From an uncultured Desulfospira sp. (GTDB taxonomy: Bacteria; Desulfobacterota; Desulfobacteria; Desulfobacterales; Desulfobacteraceae), in contig OY760175.1 of NCBI GenBank assembly GCA_963663165.1, forward strand, positions 1,472,001-1,536,000: a DNA stretch of 64,000 nucleotides. Reading direction: 5' to 3'. This document shows, piece after piece, positions 1 through 8,933 of the stretch. A program made the position numbers and the translations under genes. Within the stretch, counting starts at the first letter, position 1; every line of letters begins with the position of its first letter. The notes below the pieces were generated by a model, which had not been told where the DNA came from, ran no database searches, and saw only the letters and a program-made list of their open reading frames with translations.

Positions 1-1470
1 CGGATTGTGGATTCCCAGTCCCGGGTATTGATTGTCATGGATTCCTATTACCGGTCCGGCAAGCTGCTGAACCACAAGATCAATGCCGACGATGCCGTGA
101 GACTGGCCCAGGAGCAGGGCCAGACCGTGGATACGGTTCTGGTCTGGCAGCGGTATCCCGGGACCTACGCCTCGGATACCCCCCTGGTGGACGGCCGGGA
201 CGTTCTGGTCAACGAGGAAATCAAAAAATACTACGGCGCCCGGGTAGAACCCGAAAAGATGCTCTCTGAGGATCCGTTGTTTCTCATGTATACCTCCGGC
301 ACCACCGGAAAGCCCAAAGGCTGTCAGCACGGGACCGGCGGCTACCTGTCCTATGTCACGGCCATGTCAAAGTATATCCAGGACATCCATCCCGAAGACG
401 TTTACTGGTGCATGGCCGATATCGGCTGGATCACGGGCCATTCCTTTATAGTCTATGGTCCTCTGGCCCTGTGCGCCTCATCGGTAATTTATGAAGGGGT
501 GCCCACTTACCCCGATGCGGGACGGTCCTGGCGGATCGCCCAGGATCTGGATGTCAATATCTTCCACACCGCGCCCACCGCCATCAGGGCGTTACGGAAA
601 GTCGGCCCGGAAGAACCGGCCAAGTACAATTACCACTTTAAGCATATGACCACGGTGGGCGAACCCATTGAGCCTGAAGTATGGAAATGGTACGAATCCG
701 CTGTGGGCAAGGGTGAGGCCATTATCGTGGACACCTGGTGGCAGACGGAAACCGGCGGTTTCCTTTGCTCCACGGTTCCGGGCTTAAAACCCATGAAACC
801 GGGCAGTGCCGGCCCGGGTGTGCCCGGGATTCACCCCATTATTTACGATGATGAGGGAAAGCAGATTAAAGAACCCGGCATTGCCGGCAATATCTGCATC
901 CAGAACCCCTGGCCCGGCATGTTCCAGACCATCTGGGGGGACCGGGACCGGTTCGTGTCCACCTATTTTTCACGCTACTGCAAAGACCCCAAGTCAACCA
1001 ACTGGCAGGACTGGCCGTACCTGACCGGGGATGCGGCCATGATGGCCGAAGACGGGTATTACCGGATCCTTGGACGGATTGACGATGTCATTAACGTGTC
1101 CGGCCACAGGCTGGGCACCAAAGAAATCGAATCCGCCGCCCTGGTGGTGGATGAAGTGGCCGAGTCGGCCGTGGTTCCGGTGGCCCACGACATCAAGGGA
1201 AAAGAGCCCGATCTTTACATTGCCTTGAAACCGGGCATCGAACCTTCTGAAGCCATTGCCCAGAAAATTTCCGACGCCATTTGCGATCAGATCGGCAAAA
1301 TTGCCAAACCCCGGAAGGTCTGGCTGGTTCCGGACATGCCCAAAACCCGGTCCGGAAAGATCATGCGCCGGGTCCTCGGGGCCATTTCCAACAGAACCGA
1401 TGTGGGCAATGTCATGACCCTGGCCAACCCGGAAGTCGTGGATGAAATTAGAAATATGGTGCAAGGATAG
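1..1470 (+). CDS. acs: Acetyl-CoA synthetase (AMP-forming), 5' part outside window
   Basis: YTSGTTGKPKG AMP-binding motif, DTWWQTETGG, GRIDDVINVSGHRLGT, PKTRSGKIMRR; frame open from base 1. Confidence 0.9.
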   Translation, partial: RIVDSQSRVLIVMDSYYRSGKLLNHKINADDAVRLAQEQGQTVDTVLVWQRYPGTYASDTPLVDGRDVLVNEEIKKYYGARVEPEKMLSEDPLFLMYTSGTTGKPKGCQHGTGGYLSYVTAMSKYIQDIHPEDVYWCMADIGWITGHSFIVYGPLALCASSVIYEGVPTYPDAGRSWRIAQDLDVNIFHTAPTAIRALRKVGPEEPAKYNYHFKHMTTVGEPIEPEVWKWYESAVGKGEAIIVDTWWQTETGGFLCSTVPGLKPMKPGSAGPGVPGIHPIIYDDEGKQIKEPGIAGNICIQNPWPGMFQTIWGDRDRFVSTYFSRYCKDPKSTNWQDWPYLTGDAAMMAEDGYYRILGRIDDVINVSGHRLGTKEIESAALVVDEVAESAVVPVAHDIKGKEPDLYIALKPGIEPSEAIAQKISDAICDQIGKIAKPRKVWLVPDMPKTRSGKIMRRVLGAISNRTDVGNVMTLANPEVVDEIRNMVQG

Positions 1471-1475
1471 ACTTG

Positions 1476-1506
1476 AATTTTGGGACTTGAGACTTGGGAC
1501 TTGAGT
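1476..1506. repeat. Heptamer tandem repeat (GGGACTT/GAGACTT)n after acs stop
   Basis: tgggacttgagacttgggacttgag. Confidence 0.7.
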
Positions 1507-1539
1507 TCTAAAGCATAACGGTTAACCACTAACTAATGC

Positions 1540-1680
1540 CTGAACGATAACCCCGTGTTTGGGCGAAAAGTTGCCCAGATGCAAGGCGCAGAAAAATTTG
1601 CAACCGGAGCAACCTAAAGGGTTGTGAGGATTGCAGATTTTTCTGCAACGCAGCAGGTGGGGGACTTTTCGGTCAAACAC
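1540..1680 (+). repeat. Dispersed MITE/REP-like palindromic intergenic element, copy 1
   Basis: Terminal inverted ends GTGTTTG...CAAACAC (1555-1680), internal palindrome GCAGAAAAATTTGCAA...TTGCAGATTTTTCTGC; near-identical copy at 8114-8271. Confidence 0.85.
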
Positions 1681-1698
1681 CACTTAAGGAGAACATTC

Positions 1699-3600
1699 AT
1701 GCTCAACTCTTATTCAGATGTACACAAGAAATCCATCAATGATCCTGAGGGTTTTTGGGGACCCATTGCTGAAGACTGCCACTGGACCAAATCCTGGGAC
1801 AAGGTCCTGGATGACTCAAACCCGCCCTTTTACCGGTGGTTTCAAGGCGGCGAAACCAATACCTGCTACAACGCCATTGACCTGCACATTGAGAACGGCC
1901 TGGGAAACCAGGCGGCCCTGATTTATGACAGTCCGGTCACGGACACCATTAAAACGTTTACCTATAACCATCTTAAAGAACAGGTATCCCTGTTTGCCGG
2001 GGTATTGGCCGACAAAGGCGTGGTCAAGGGGGACCGGGTCATCATTTACATGCCCATGATTCCCGAGGCCGTGTTTGCCATGCTGGCCTGCGCCCGGATC
2101 GGGGCGGTCCACTCGGTTGTGTTCGGCGGATTCGCGGCCAACGAACTGGCCACCCGGATCAACGATGCCAAGCCCCGGGTCATTGTGTCCGCCTCCTGCG
2201 GCATTGAGGTCAACCGGGTCATTGAGTATAAGCCCTTGCTGGACCAGGCCATTGATCTGTCCGATTCAAAGCCGGAGTCCTGCATCATTTTCCAGCGGCC
2301 CCAGGCCAACGCCACCATGATAAATGGCCGGGACTTTGACTGGAACGAGTGCATGGACCGGGCCAAGCCCCAGGACTGTGTTCCGGTGGCGGCCACCGAC
2401 CCGCTCTACATCCTTTATACTTCGGGCACCACAGGCCAGCCCAAAGGCGTGGTAAGGGACAACGGCGGCCATATGGTGGCCTTAAAATGGACCATGAGCG
2501 CCATTTACGGGGTTGACCAGGGGGATGTCTACTGGGCCGCGTCGGATATCGGCTGGGTGGTGGGCCACTCCTATATTGTTTACGGCCCCCTTCTCAAGGG
2601 GTGTACCTCTATTTTGTTTGAGGGCAAACCCGTGGGAACGCCCGACGCTTCGGTCTTCTGGCGGGTGATTTCCCAGCACGGGGTAAAATCCATGTTCACA
2701 GCCCCCACGGCCTTCAGGGCCATCAAGCGCGAAGACCCCAGGGCCGAACTGATGAAAGGATTTGACCTGTCCAAATTTAAATACCTGTTCCTGGCCGGAG
2801 AACGGCTGGATCCGGACACCCTCACCTGGGCCGAAAACAGCCTGAAGGTGCCGGTCATTGACCACTGGTGGCAGACCGAAACCGGCTGGGCCATTGCGGC
2901 CAACTGTGTAGGGATTGAACAATTCAAAGTCAAGCCCGGTTCCCCCACCAAGGCGGTGCCCGGCTGGCGTCTGGACGTTCTCGGGGAAAACGGCCAGTCC
3001 ATGCCGGCAGGAGAAATCGGCGCCATTGTGGCCAAGCTGCCCCTGCCCCCGGGGACCCTGCCCACCCTGTGGCAGAATGACCAGCGGTACAAAGACGCCT
3101 ATTTGTCCGAGTTTGATGGATATTATGAAACATCCGATGCCGGATATATTGACCAGGACGGTTATGTCTTTGTCATGGCCCGGACTGACGACATTATCAA
3201 CGTGGCCGGCCACAGGCTTTCCACCGGGGCCATGGAAGAGGTGATTGCGGCCCATCCCGATGTGGCCGAATGTGCGGTCATGGGCGTTGCCGATTCCCTC
3301 AAGGGGCAGATCCCCTTAGGCATGGTGGTGTTAAATGCCGGTGTGGACCGGTCTGAAGATGACATTGTCAGGGAAGTGGTCGGCCTGGTCAGGGAAAAAA
3401 TCGGGCCTGTGGCGGCCTTCAAGACCGCCACCGTGGTCAAGCGGCTGCCCAAGACCAGATCCGGTAAAATCCTGAGGGGGACCATGCGGTCCATCGCAGA
3501 CAAGAAAGAGTACAAAGTACCGGCAACCATAGACGACTATACCATCCTGGACGAAATTGAAGATTCCCTTGGCAGGATCGGGTATGGGAAAAAAGCTTAA
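1699..3600 (+). CDS. prpE: Propionyl-CoA synthetase / acyl-CoA synthetase
   Basis: YTSGTTGQPKGVVRDNGGH, DHWWQTETGW, LPKTRSGKILR; start moved to ATG 1699 after AAGGAG because the upstream in-frame extension is the repeat element. Confidence 0.85.
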   Translation: MLNSYSDVHKKSINDPEGFWGPIAEDCHWTKSWDKVLDDSNPPFYRWFQGGETNTCYNAIDLHIENGLGNQAALIYDSPVTDTIKTFTYNHLKEQVSLFAGVLADKGVVKGDRVIIYMPMIPEAVFAMLACARIGAVHSVVFGGFAANELATRINDAKPRVIVSASCGIEVNRVIEYKPLLDQAIDLSDSKPESCIIFQRPQANATMINGRDFDWNECMDRAKPQDCVPVAATDPLYILYTSGTTGQPKGVVRDNGGHMVALKWTMSAIYGVDQGDVYWAASDIGWVVGHSYIVYGPLLKGCTSILFEGKPVGTPDASVFWRVISQHGVKSMFTAPTAFRAIKREDPRAELMKGFDLSKFKYLFLAGERLDPDTLTWAENSLKVPVIDHWWQTETGWAIAANCVGIEQFKVKPGSPTKAVPGWRLDVLGENGQSMPAGEIGAIVAKLPLPPGTLPTLWQNDQRYKDAYLSEFDGYYETSDAGYIDQDGYVFVMARTDDIINVAGHRLSTGAMEEVIAAHPDVAECAVMGVADSLKGQIPLGMVVLNAGVDRSEDDIVREVVGLVREKIGPVAAFKTATVVKRLPKTRSGKILRGTMRSIADKKEYKVPATIDDYTILDEIEDSLGRIGYGKKA

Positions 3601-3602
3601 AG

Positions 3603-3697
3603 ACTGAAGGCTGAAGGCTGAAGGAGGGGATTCATACATGTTAAGTCTAACTTCCTTCAGCCTAACCCCCTTCAGCCTAAATACCTAACCCCCTAAA
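3603..3697. repeat. Inverted heptamer arrays (CTGAAGG)n ... (CTTCAGC/CCTAA)n
   Basis: actgaaggctgaaggctgaagg then cttccttcagcctaacccccttcagcctaa. Confidence 0.7.
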
Positions 3698-3937
3698 CCA
3701 CGAAAGGAGGTGATGCCGTATGCTTGCTGGCTCGCCTTGCGGCCATGGGCCGGCCTGGTGATATAAACCGGGGTCTGCCCGCAACACACGTGAAAGAGAT
3801 CATCCTTTGGGCTGACAGCACCCGGCTTTGAAGCACTTTTTAAAAAAGCCGGCAGCTTAAAAGGCAATGCCCTTTCACCAGACAAATTTAAAAAACCCGA
3901 TCGAATCAAAAATTTATGAAACAGGAGGAAAGAATTT

Positions 3938-5722
3938 ATGGACCCTAAAATGTGGGTGTACATCCTTTTGGGATTGTATATTGTTTACTGTTTCTGGTGG
4001 GGCCTTAAGGGATTTTTCACTGAGAAAAAAGCGTCCGGATATGCCATTGCCGGCCGGTCTATTCCCTTTATCGCTTTTCTTATGGCGGCCACAGCGGCCT
4101 CATTTTCAGGATGGACTTTTATCGGGCATCCGGGTTTGATCTGGAGTGCAGGACTTGTCTATGCCTATGCCTCTTTTTATGTACTGACCATTCCCATTAC
4201 CGGAGCGTTTTTCGCCAAACGGAACTGGTTGATGGGCAAGCGGTACGGGTTTATCACCCCGGGTGACATGTTTGCCTATTACTACAACAACGAGGCGGTC
4301 AGATGGCTGACGGTGATTGCGGCCTTTTTGTACTCTATTTTCTACTCAGGCCTTCAGCTCATTGCCGCGGCCAAGCTCTTTTACTGGGTGGCCGGCGTGC
4401 CCCAGACCTTTGGTTTGATTTTTATGGCGTTTATTGTATGGTTTTACGTGGTCACAGGCGGACTGAAAGCCTCCACCTGGGTCGGCGTACTTCAGTTCCT
4501 GCTCCTGGTGAGCGGCATTATCCTGCTCGGATTTTATGTCCTCACCTCGGATACCATTGGCGGATGGTCCGGATTTGTGGCGTCCATGCAGGGAATTGAG
4601 GAGAAATATATGAAAGTTCCGGGGCTGATCCACATCGGCCTTGGCACCGGCGGCTGGACCGCCGTGATGATCTTAACCTATATGTTTGCCCTCATGGGCA
4701 TCCAGTCATCCCCGGCCTTTACCCTGTGGAACTTCGGCATCAAGTCTCCCAAACCCCTGGCCTGGCAGCAGGTGTTCATGTCCACCTTTGTGGTGGGGCT
4801 TGCCCTGTTCTTTTTTACGGCATTCCAGGGGATCGGTGCCCGGATCCTCATGGTGGCAGGGGAACTTGCGCCCAAGGTAGACGGGGACGTGGTTCCCATG
4901 CTCATGACTAAATTTTTACCCGGACCTGTTCTCGGGCTGGTTTTCCTAGGGGCCATTGCCGCCATCCATTCCACGGCAGCCCCTTATATCGGCACCGGCG
5001 GCACCATTATCCAGCGGGATGTCTGGTGGCGGTATGTCAGAAAACAGTCCGGTTCCCACTCAGAACAGATCTGGACCAACCGGATCTTTGCCACCATCCT
5101 GGCAGCCGCAGCGGTTATCGTCAGCCTTACATCCACTGACGCCATTGTGATGATCGGCGGGTTTGCCACGGCCTTCGGCACCATCATGTACCTGTGCCTT
5201 TTAGGGGTTCACTGGGGGTTCCGGTTCCCGAGCGTCGGCGTGGTATTAGGCCTTCTGGCCGCCATTGCCGCCTGCTTTTTAACCTATTACGTCTGGAAAT
5301 ATCCCTTGTCCATCCATACGGCCGGCTGGGGGATTTTCGTTGGCCTTGCCGTGGCCTATTTATGCCGGGGCCTAGGCATGAAGGACAGCCAGGAAACCAT
5401 TGACCGGCAAAAAGAAGTCCGGGAATGGCTGGACTCTATCGATGGGCCTTCTGAAAGCGGCAAGGTCTGGCGTTCCAGAATGAAAATACTGGTACCGGCC
5501 TGGTACCTTATGGCCTTGGGACCAGGGGTTCTGATCGGGAACACGGCCTTTACTTTCTGCGGTTTTCCGCCCATCTGGGCCTGGCAGATTGTCTGGTGGA
5601 TCATCGGCATCGTCATGATGTGGGCCCTGTGCTTTAAGGCAGAGATGTCCACCACTAACGAAGAACAGATCCGCAGGGCCGACGTCGAAACCATGGACGT
5701 CACCAAGGAAGCCGACGCGTAA
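3938..5722 (+). CDS. Sodium:solute symporter (SSS family), likely monocarboxylate/acetate permease
   Basis: Many TM segments, ATAASFSGWTFIGHPG, YVVTGGLKA; adjacent to acyl-CoA synthetases; SD AGGAGG. Confidence 0.88.
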   Translation: MDPKMWVYILLGLYIVYCFWWGLKGFFTEKKASGYAIAGRSIPFIAFLMAATAASFSGWTFIGHPGLIWSAGLVYAYASFYVLTIPITGAFFAKRNWLMGKRYGFITPGDMFAYYYNNEAVRWLTVIAAFLYSIFYSGLQLIAAAKLFYWVAGVPQTFGLIFMAFIVWFYVVTGGLKASTWVGVLQFLLLVSGIILLGFYVLTSDTIGGWSGFVASMQGIEEKYMKVPGLIHIGLGTGGWTAVMILTYMFALMGIQSSPAFTLWNFGIKSPKPLAWQQVFMSTFVVGLALFFFTAFQGIGARILMVAGELAPKVDGDVVPMLMTKFLPGPVLGLVFLGAIAAIHSTAAPYIGTGGTIIQRDVWWRYVRKQSGSHSEQIWTNRIFATILAAAAVIVSLTSTDAIVMIGGFATAFGTIMYLCLLGVHWGFRFPSVGVVLGLLAAIAACFLTYYVWKYPLSIHTAGWGIFVGLAVAYLCRGLGMKDSQETIDRQKEVREWLDSIDGPSESGKVWRSRMKILVPAWYLMALGPGVLIGNTAFTFCGFPPIWAWQIVWWIIGIVMMWALCFKAEMSTTNEEQIRRADVETMDVTKEADA

Positions 5723-5753
5723 AAAACCCTTTAACATCAAGGAGACTTAAATT

Positions 5754-5840
5754 ATGGCGCTTGAAGACAAATATCTAATTGCAACCCTTCTTTTCTGCAT
5801 TTTATTTGTGGCATCCTTTGGCCTGGGCTGGTGGGGCTAA
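5754..5840 (+). CDS. Small single-TM membrane peptide (28 aa), not in ORF track
   Basis: AAGGAG at 5739-5744, ATG 5754; MALEDKYLIATLLFCILFVASFGLGWWG*. Confidence 0.7.
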   Translation: MALEDKYLIATLLFCILFVASFGLGWWG

Positions 5841-5841
5841 A

Positions 5842-5898
5842 AGGAAAGGATGAAGGATGAAGGATGAGGGATGAGGGAAACCTCGTCCTTCATCCTTT
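5842..5898. repeat. Inverted heptamer arrays (AGGATGA)n / (TCATCCT)n
   Basis: aggatgaaggatgaaggatgagggatgaggg ... cctcgtccttcatcct. Confidence 0.7.
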
Positions 5899-5905
5899 CA
5901 AAAAC

Positions 5906-8029
5906 ATGCTTCAAACCAACCGTTTCTGGAAATTTTCATTTATCAGTGCCGGCGTTGTTCTCATGCTGGCCACCCTGATTTTGTTTTATATCTGGTCAGA
6001 ACTTACGGCAGACCAGCACCATGTCCTCTCTGAAATTGCCCGGGACCATATCTATGAAGGGCTTGGCCTTTGCTTTCTGCTGTCAGGATCGTTCTGGGTC
6101 CTGTCCGACATTGTCTATACGGTGTATATCAAACCGGTTAAAAAGATATCCGCCGAAGCCCAGGTCATCTATGAGTCCAACCCGTCCCACCGGATTGCCA
6201 TAAAGGGAAACAAAGACATTGCCGACCTGATCCGGGTGATTAACGATTTTGCCGATTTGTTCGAATCCCTGGATAAACGGATCACCCAGCAGATCCTGGC
6301 GGCCAGGACCAGAATCCAAAAGGAAAGAAACCTTCTGGCCGCCGTGATGTCGGAAATCCCCCACGGCATCATTATCTGCAATACCAGCGGGCAGATTCTG
6401 CTGTTCAATTCCCTGGCCAAACAGCTGTTTACCCATTCTGACGACCCCCAAAACACCCATGGATTCATCGGCCTTGGCCGGTCCATCTACCACTTGTTAG
6501 ACAAAGGGGTGATCCGCCAGGCCTTAGATGAAATCAACACCCATCCGGCCGGGGAACGGCGCCATACCGAGTCCCATTTTATCACCGCCATCGGCACCGG
6601 CCGACTGATCCGGGGACAGGCCATGCCGGTTCTGGACAAGGAAAAAACCATGACCGGGGTGATCCTCTCCTTTCAAGAGGTTTCGGACAGCATCAAAACC
6701 GTTGAAGCCATTGAAACCTGCTTATCTGATTTTGGACGGGAACTTTCCTGCCGCAGCCAGAAAGCCGGCATGGCCCTCAAAAAATTAGAAACCCTTTCCC
6801 TTTCCCAAGGCCTTGAAGACGATATAAACACGGTAACAAAAGCATTGGAAGGCCTTGGCGAAGATTATGCCCGGACATCGGCCCGGTTAACGGAACTGTC
6901 CTTATCTGTGCTGGCCTTAAATTCAATTGACCTGAACCGCTTTTTGGGAATGGTTCAAAAAGAAGCCGGGATTCTTTACGACATTCGGATCAATATATTC
7001 AACCCCCTCAAGGATGCCCGGATCCTGGCCGACCCCTATTCCCTTTCCCGGGCATGTCTGTTTATGATTCGCGCCATCTGTTCTGCCGCGGGGAAACCCA
7101 TTGAGTTCAGCCTTTCGGTCAGCCGGCAGGATCAGCTTATCGGCTTTGACATTTCCTGGGAAAAAGAACCCGTTGCGGCATCGGCTGTCATGGCGGCGAC
7201 CGAACAGAAAATTGACGGCCTGCCCCGGTTCGGACATGTGTTAAAATTAAACCGGGCCCGGTTGCACCCCATAGGCCACACAGCCATAAACCGGATCACC
7301 ATTACCGTGCAGGCCAGTGACCAGCCGGGGATCCTGGCAAAACAAAAAATCCGGGTCCTGGCCGGGGCCAGGCCTGAGTTTTATAATTTCAACCTGTTCC
7401 AGGTCAACCACCACACCGAGAACCTGCTGGACACCCCGCTGAAATCCATTGTGTTTACGGCCTTTGATACGGAAACCACCGGCCTTTGCCCGGAAGGGGG
7501 GGATGAAATCATCTCCATTGGCGCAGTCCGGATCGTCAACAACCGGATCAATTACCAGGATACCTTTGAAGAACTGGTGGACCCCCGAAGGGAAATCCCC
7601 ATGGAAGCCTACAAGATCCATGGGATCAGCCATGAAATGGTGACGGGCCGGGACACCATAGACAAGGTGCTGCCCCGGTTTAAACGCTTTTCTTCAGAAA
7701 CGGTGTTTTTGGGACATAACATTGCATTTGACTTGAAAATGCTCAAACTCAAAGAGAATTTGACAGGAATTAAATTCACCAATCCGGCCTTGGACACCCT
7801 TTTGCTGTCGTCAGTGCTTCACCCGGTCCATGACCGGCATGACCTGGCCAGTATTGCCAACCGGCTCGGGGTTAAGGTGATCGGCCGGCATTCGGCTTTA
7901 GGAGATGCCCTGATCACGGCTGAAATTTTTCTGAAACTGATACCCATTTTAAACTCAAATGGTATACTGACCCTGAATCATGCATTAAAAGCCTCGAAAA
8001 AAACTTATTATGCCCGGCTGAAGTATTAG
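5906..8029 (+). CDS. Membrane-anchored HAMP/PAS sensor fused to DEDDh (DNA Pol III epsilon-like) exonuclease
   Basis: Two N-terminal TMs, PAS-like segment (GIIICNTSGQILLFNSLA), C-terminal FDTETTG, GHNIAFD, HSALGDA; start moved to ATG 5906 (upstream part is repeat). Confidence 0.8.
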   Translation: MLQTNRFWKFSFISAGVVLMLATLILFYIWSELTADQHHVLSEIARDHIYEGLGLCFLLSGSFWVLSDIVYTVYIKPVKKISAEAQVIYESNPSHRIAIKGNKDIADLIRVINDFADLFESLDKRITQQILAARTRIQKERNLLAAVMSEIPHGIIICNTSGQILLFNSLAKQLFTHSDDPQNTHGFIGLGRSIYHLLDKGVIRQALDEINTHPAGERRHTESHFITAIGTGRLIRGQAMPVLDKEKTMTGVILSFQEVSDSIKTVEAIETCLSDFGRELSCRSQKAGMALKKLETLSLSQGLEDDINTVTKALEGLGEDYARTSARLTELSLSVLALNSIDLNRFLGMVQKEAGILYDIRINIFNPLKDARILADPYSLSRACLFMIRAICSAAGKPIEFSLSVSRQDQLIGFDISWEKEPVAASAVMAATEQKIDGLPRFGHVLKLNRARLHPIGHTAINRITITVQASDQPGILAKQKIRVLAGARPEFYNFNLFQVNHHTENLLDTPLKSIVFTAFDTETTGLCPEGGDEIISIGAVRIVNNRINYQDTFEELVDPRREIPMEAYKIHGISHEMVTGRDTIDKVLPRFKRFSSETVFLGHNIAFDLKMLKLKENLTGIKFTNPALDTLLLSSVLHPVHDRHDLASIANRLGVKVIGRHSALGDALITAEIFLKLIPILNSNGILTLNHALKASKKTYYARLKY

Positions 8030-8088
8030 ATTTGGGATTTGGGACCTGGGACCTGGGACCTGGGATTTTGGACCTGGGACCTGGGGTC
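8030..8088. repeat. Heptamer tandem repeat (TGGGACC)n
   Basis: tttgggatttgggacctgggacctgggacctgggattttggacctgggacctgggg. Confidence 0.8.
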
Positions 8089-8113
8089 TAAGGCCTATGG
8101 TCTAAATTAGTGG

Positions 8114-8271
8114 CTGAACGAGAGCCCGTGTTTTGGCGAAAAATTGCCCAGATGCAAGGCGTAACCAAAGGTCAGAAACCAGAAAAATTTATAACCGGAG
8201 CAACCTTGAGGGTTGTGAGGATTGCAAATTTTTCTGCAACGCAGCAGATGGGTGATTTTTCGTTCAAACAC
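8114..8271 (+). repeat. Dispersed MITE/REP-like palindromic element, copy 2
   Basis: Aligns to 1540-1680 with a short internal insertion; ends GTGTTT...AAACAC. Confidence 0.85.
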
Positions 8272-8294
8272 AAATTAACAGAAAGGATTTGAAC

Positions 8295-8933
8295 ATGGAG
8301 AACTCACCTGGAATGAAACACGGATGGCTGATGTTGACCGGGGTTTGCGCTGTGGTCAGCGGCATTGTTCTTTTCTGCGTGGTGGCCGGCGGGTACACCA
8401 GCCTTTTGCGGGCCAAAAACAGGATCAACACGGCCAAATCCCTTCTGGCCCAGGAATGTATCAAACGGTCCGGCCTTGTCCGGGACCTTGTTGCCATGGC
8501 CGCCCCGGTCCTTTCCCCTGAGGTTTTTAACACCTTAAAGAAACAGGACGCCCTTGCCATGTCAATTCTAAATGAGGCGGACCAGATCAAGGTCCCCCTG
8601 TCCCCCGGGCAGGTAAATGAGATTGAAGCCTCCCAGCATCAGTTGTCCCGGCAGATTTTTTTCGTCATTGGTGAAATGGAACAGGTTCAATCCATTAAAG
8701 ACGCCAACTCCTTCCGGGACCTTTCCCGGGCCATCAAAGACCAGACTCAGATCGTCATTTACACCACAAAACGGTATAACAAAGAAGCCGTGTATTTCAA
8801 CACCCGGAAACAGGTTTTCCCGGGCTTTTTGGTGGCCCGCTGGTTCGGCCTTGACCAGATGACCTTTCCCCAGATCCCGGTCCGGATATTCGAATTTGAA
8901 GAACCCCCTTCAAAAGACGGTTCCCTGTCATGA
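8295..8933 (+). CDS. LemA family protein
   Basis: N-terminal TM, helical body, RYNKEAVYFNTRKQVFPGFLVARWFG matches the LemA C-terminal pattern. Confidence 0.75.
   Translation: MENSPGMKHGWLMLTGVCAVVSGIVLFCVVAGGYTSLLRAKNRINTAKSLLAQECIKRSGLVRDLVAMAAPVLSPEVFNTLKKQDALAMSILNEADQIKVPLSPGQVNEIEASQHQLSRQIFFVIGEMEQVQSIKDANSFRDLSRAIKDQTQIVIYTTKRYNKEAVYFNTRKQVFPGFLVARWFGLDQMTFPQIPVRIFEFEEPPSKDGSLS

Noticed and set aside
1624..1698. N-terminal extension of prpE and the 60-aa ORF at 8110-8292
   Set aside because: Both are translations of the dispersed palindromic repeat; better SD/ATG pairs lie downstream.
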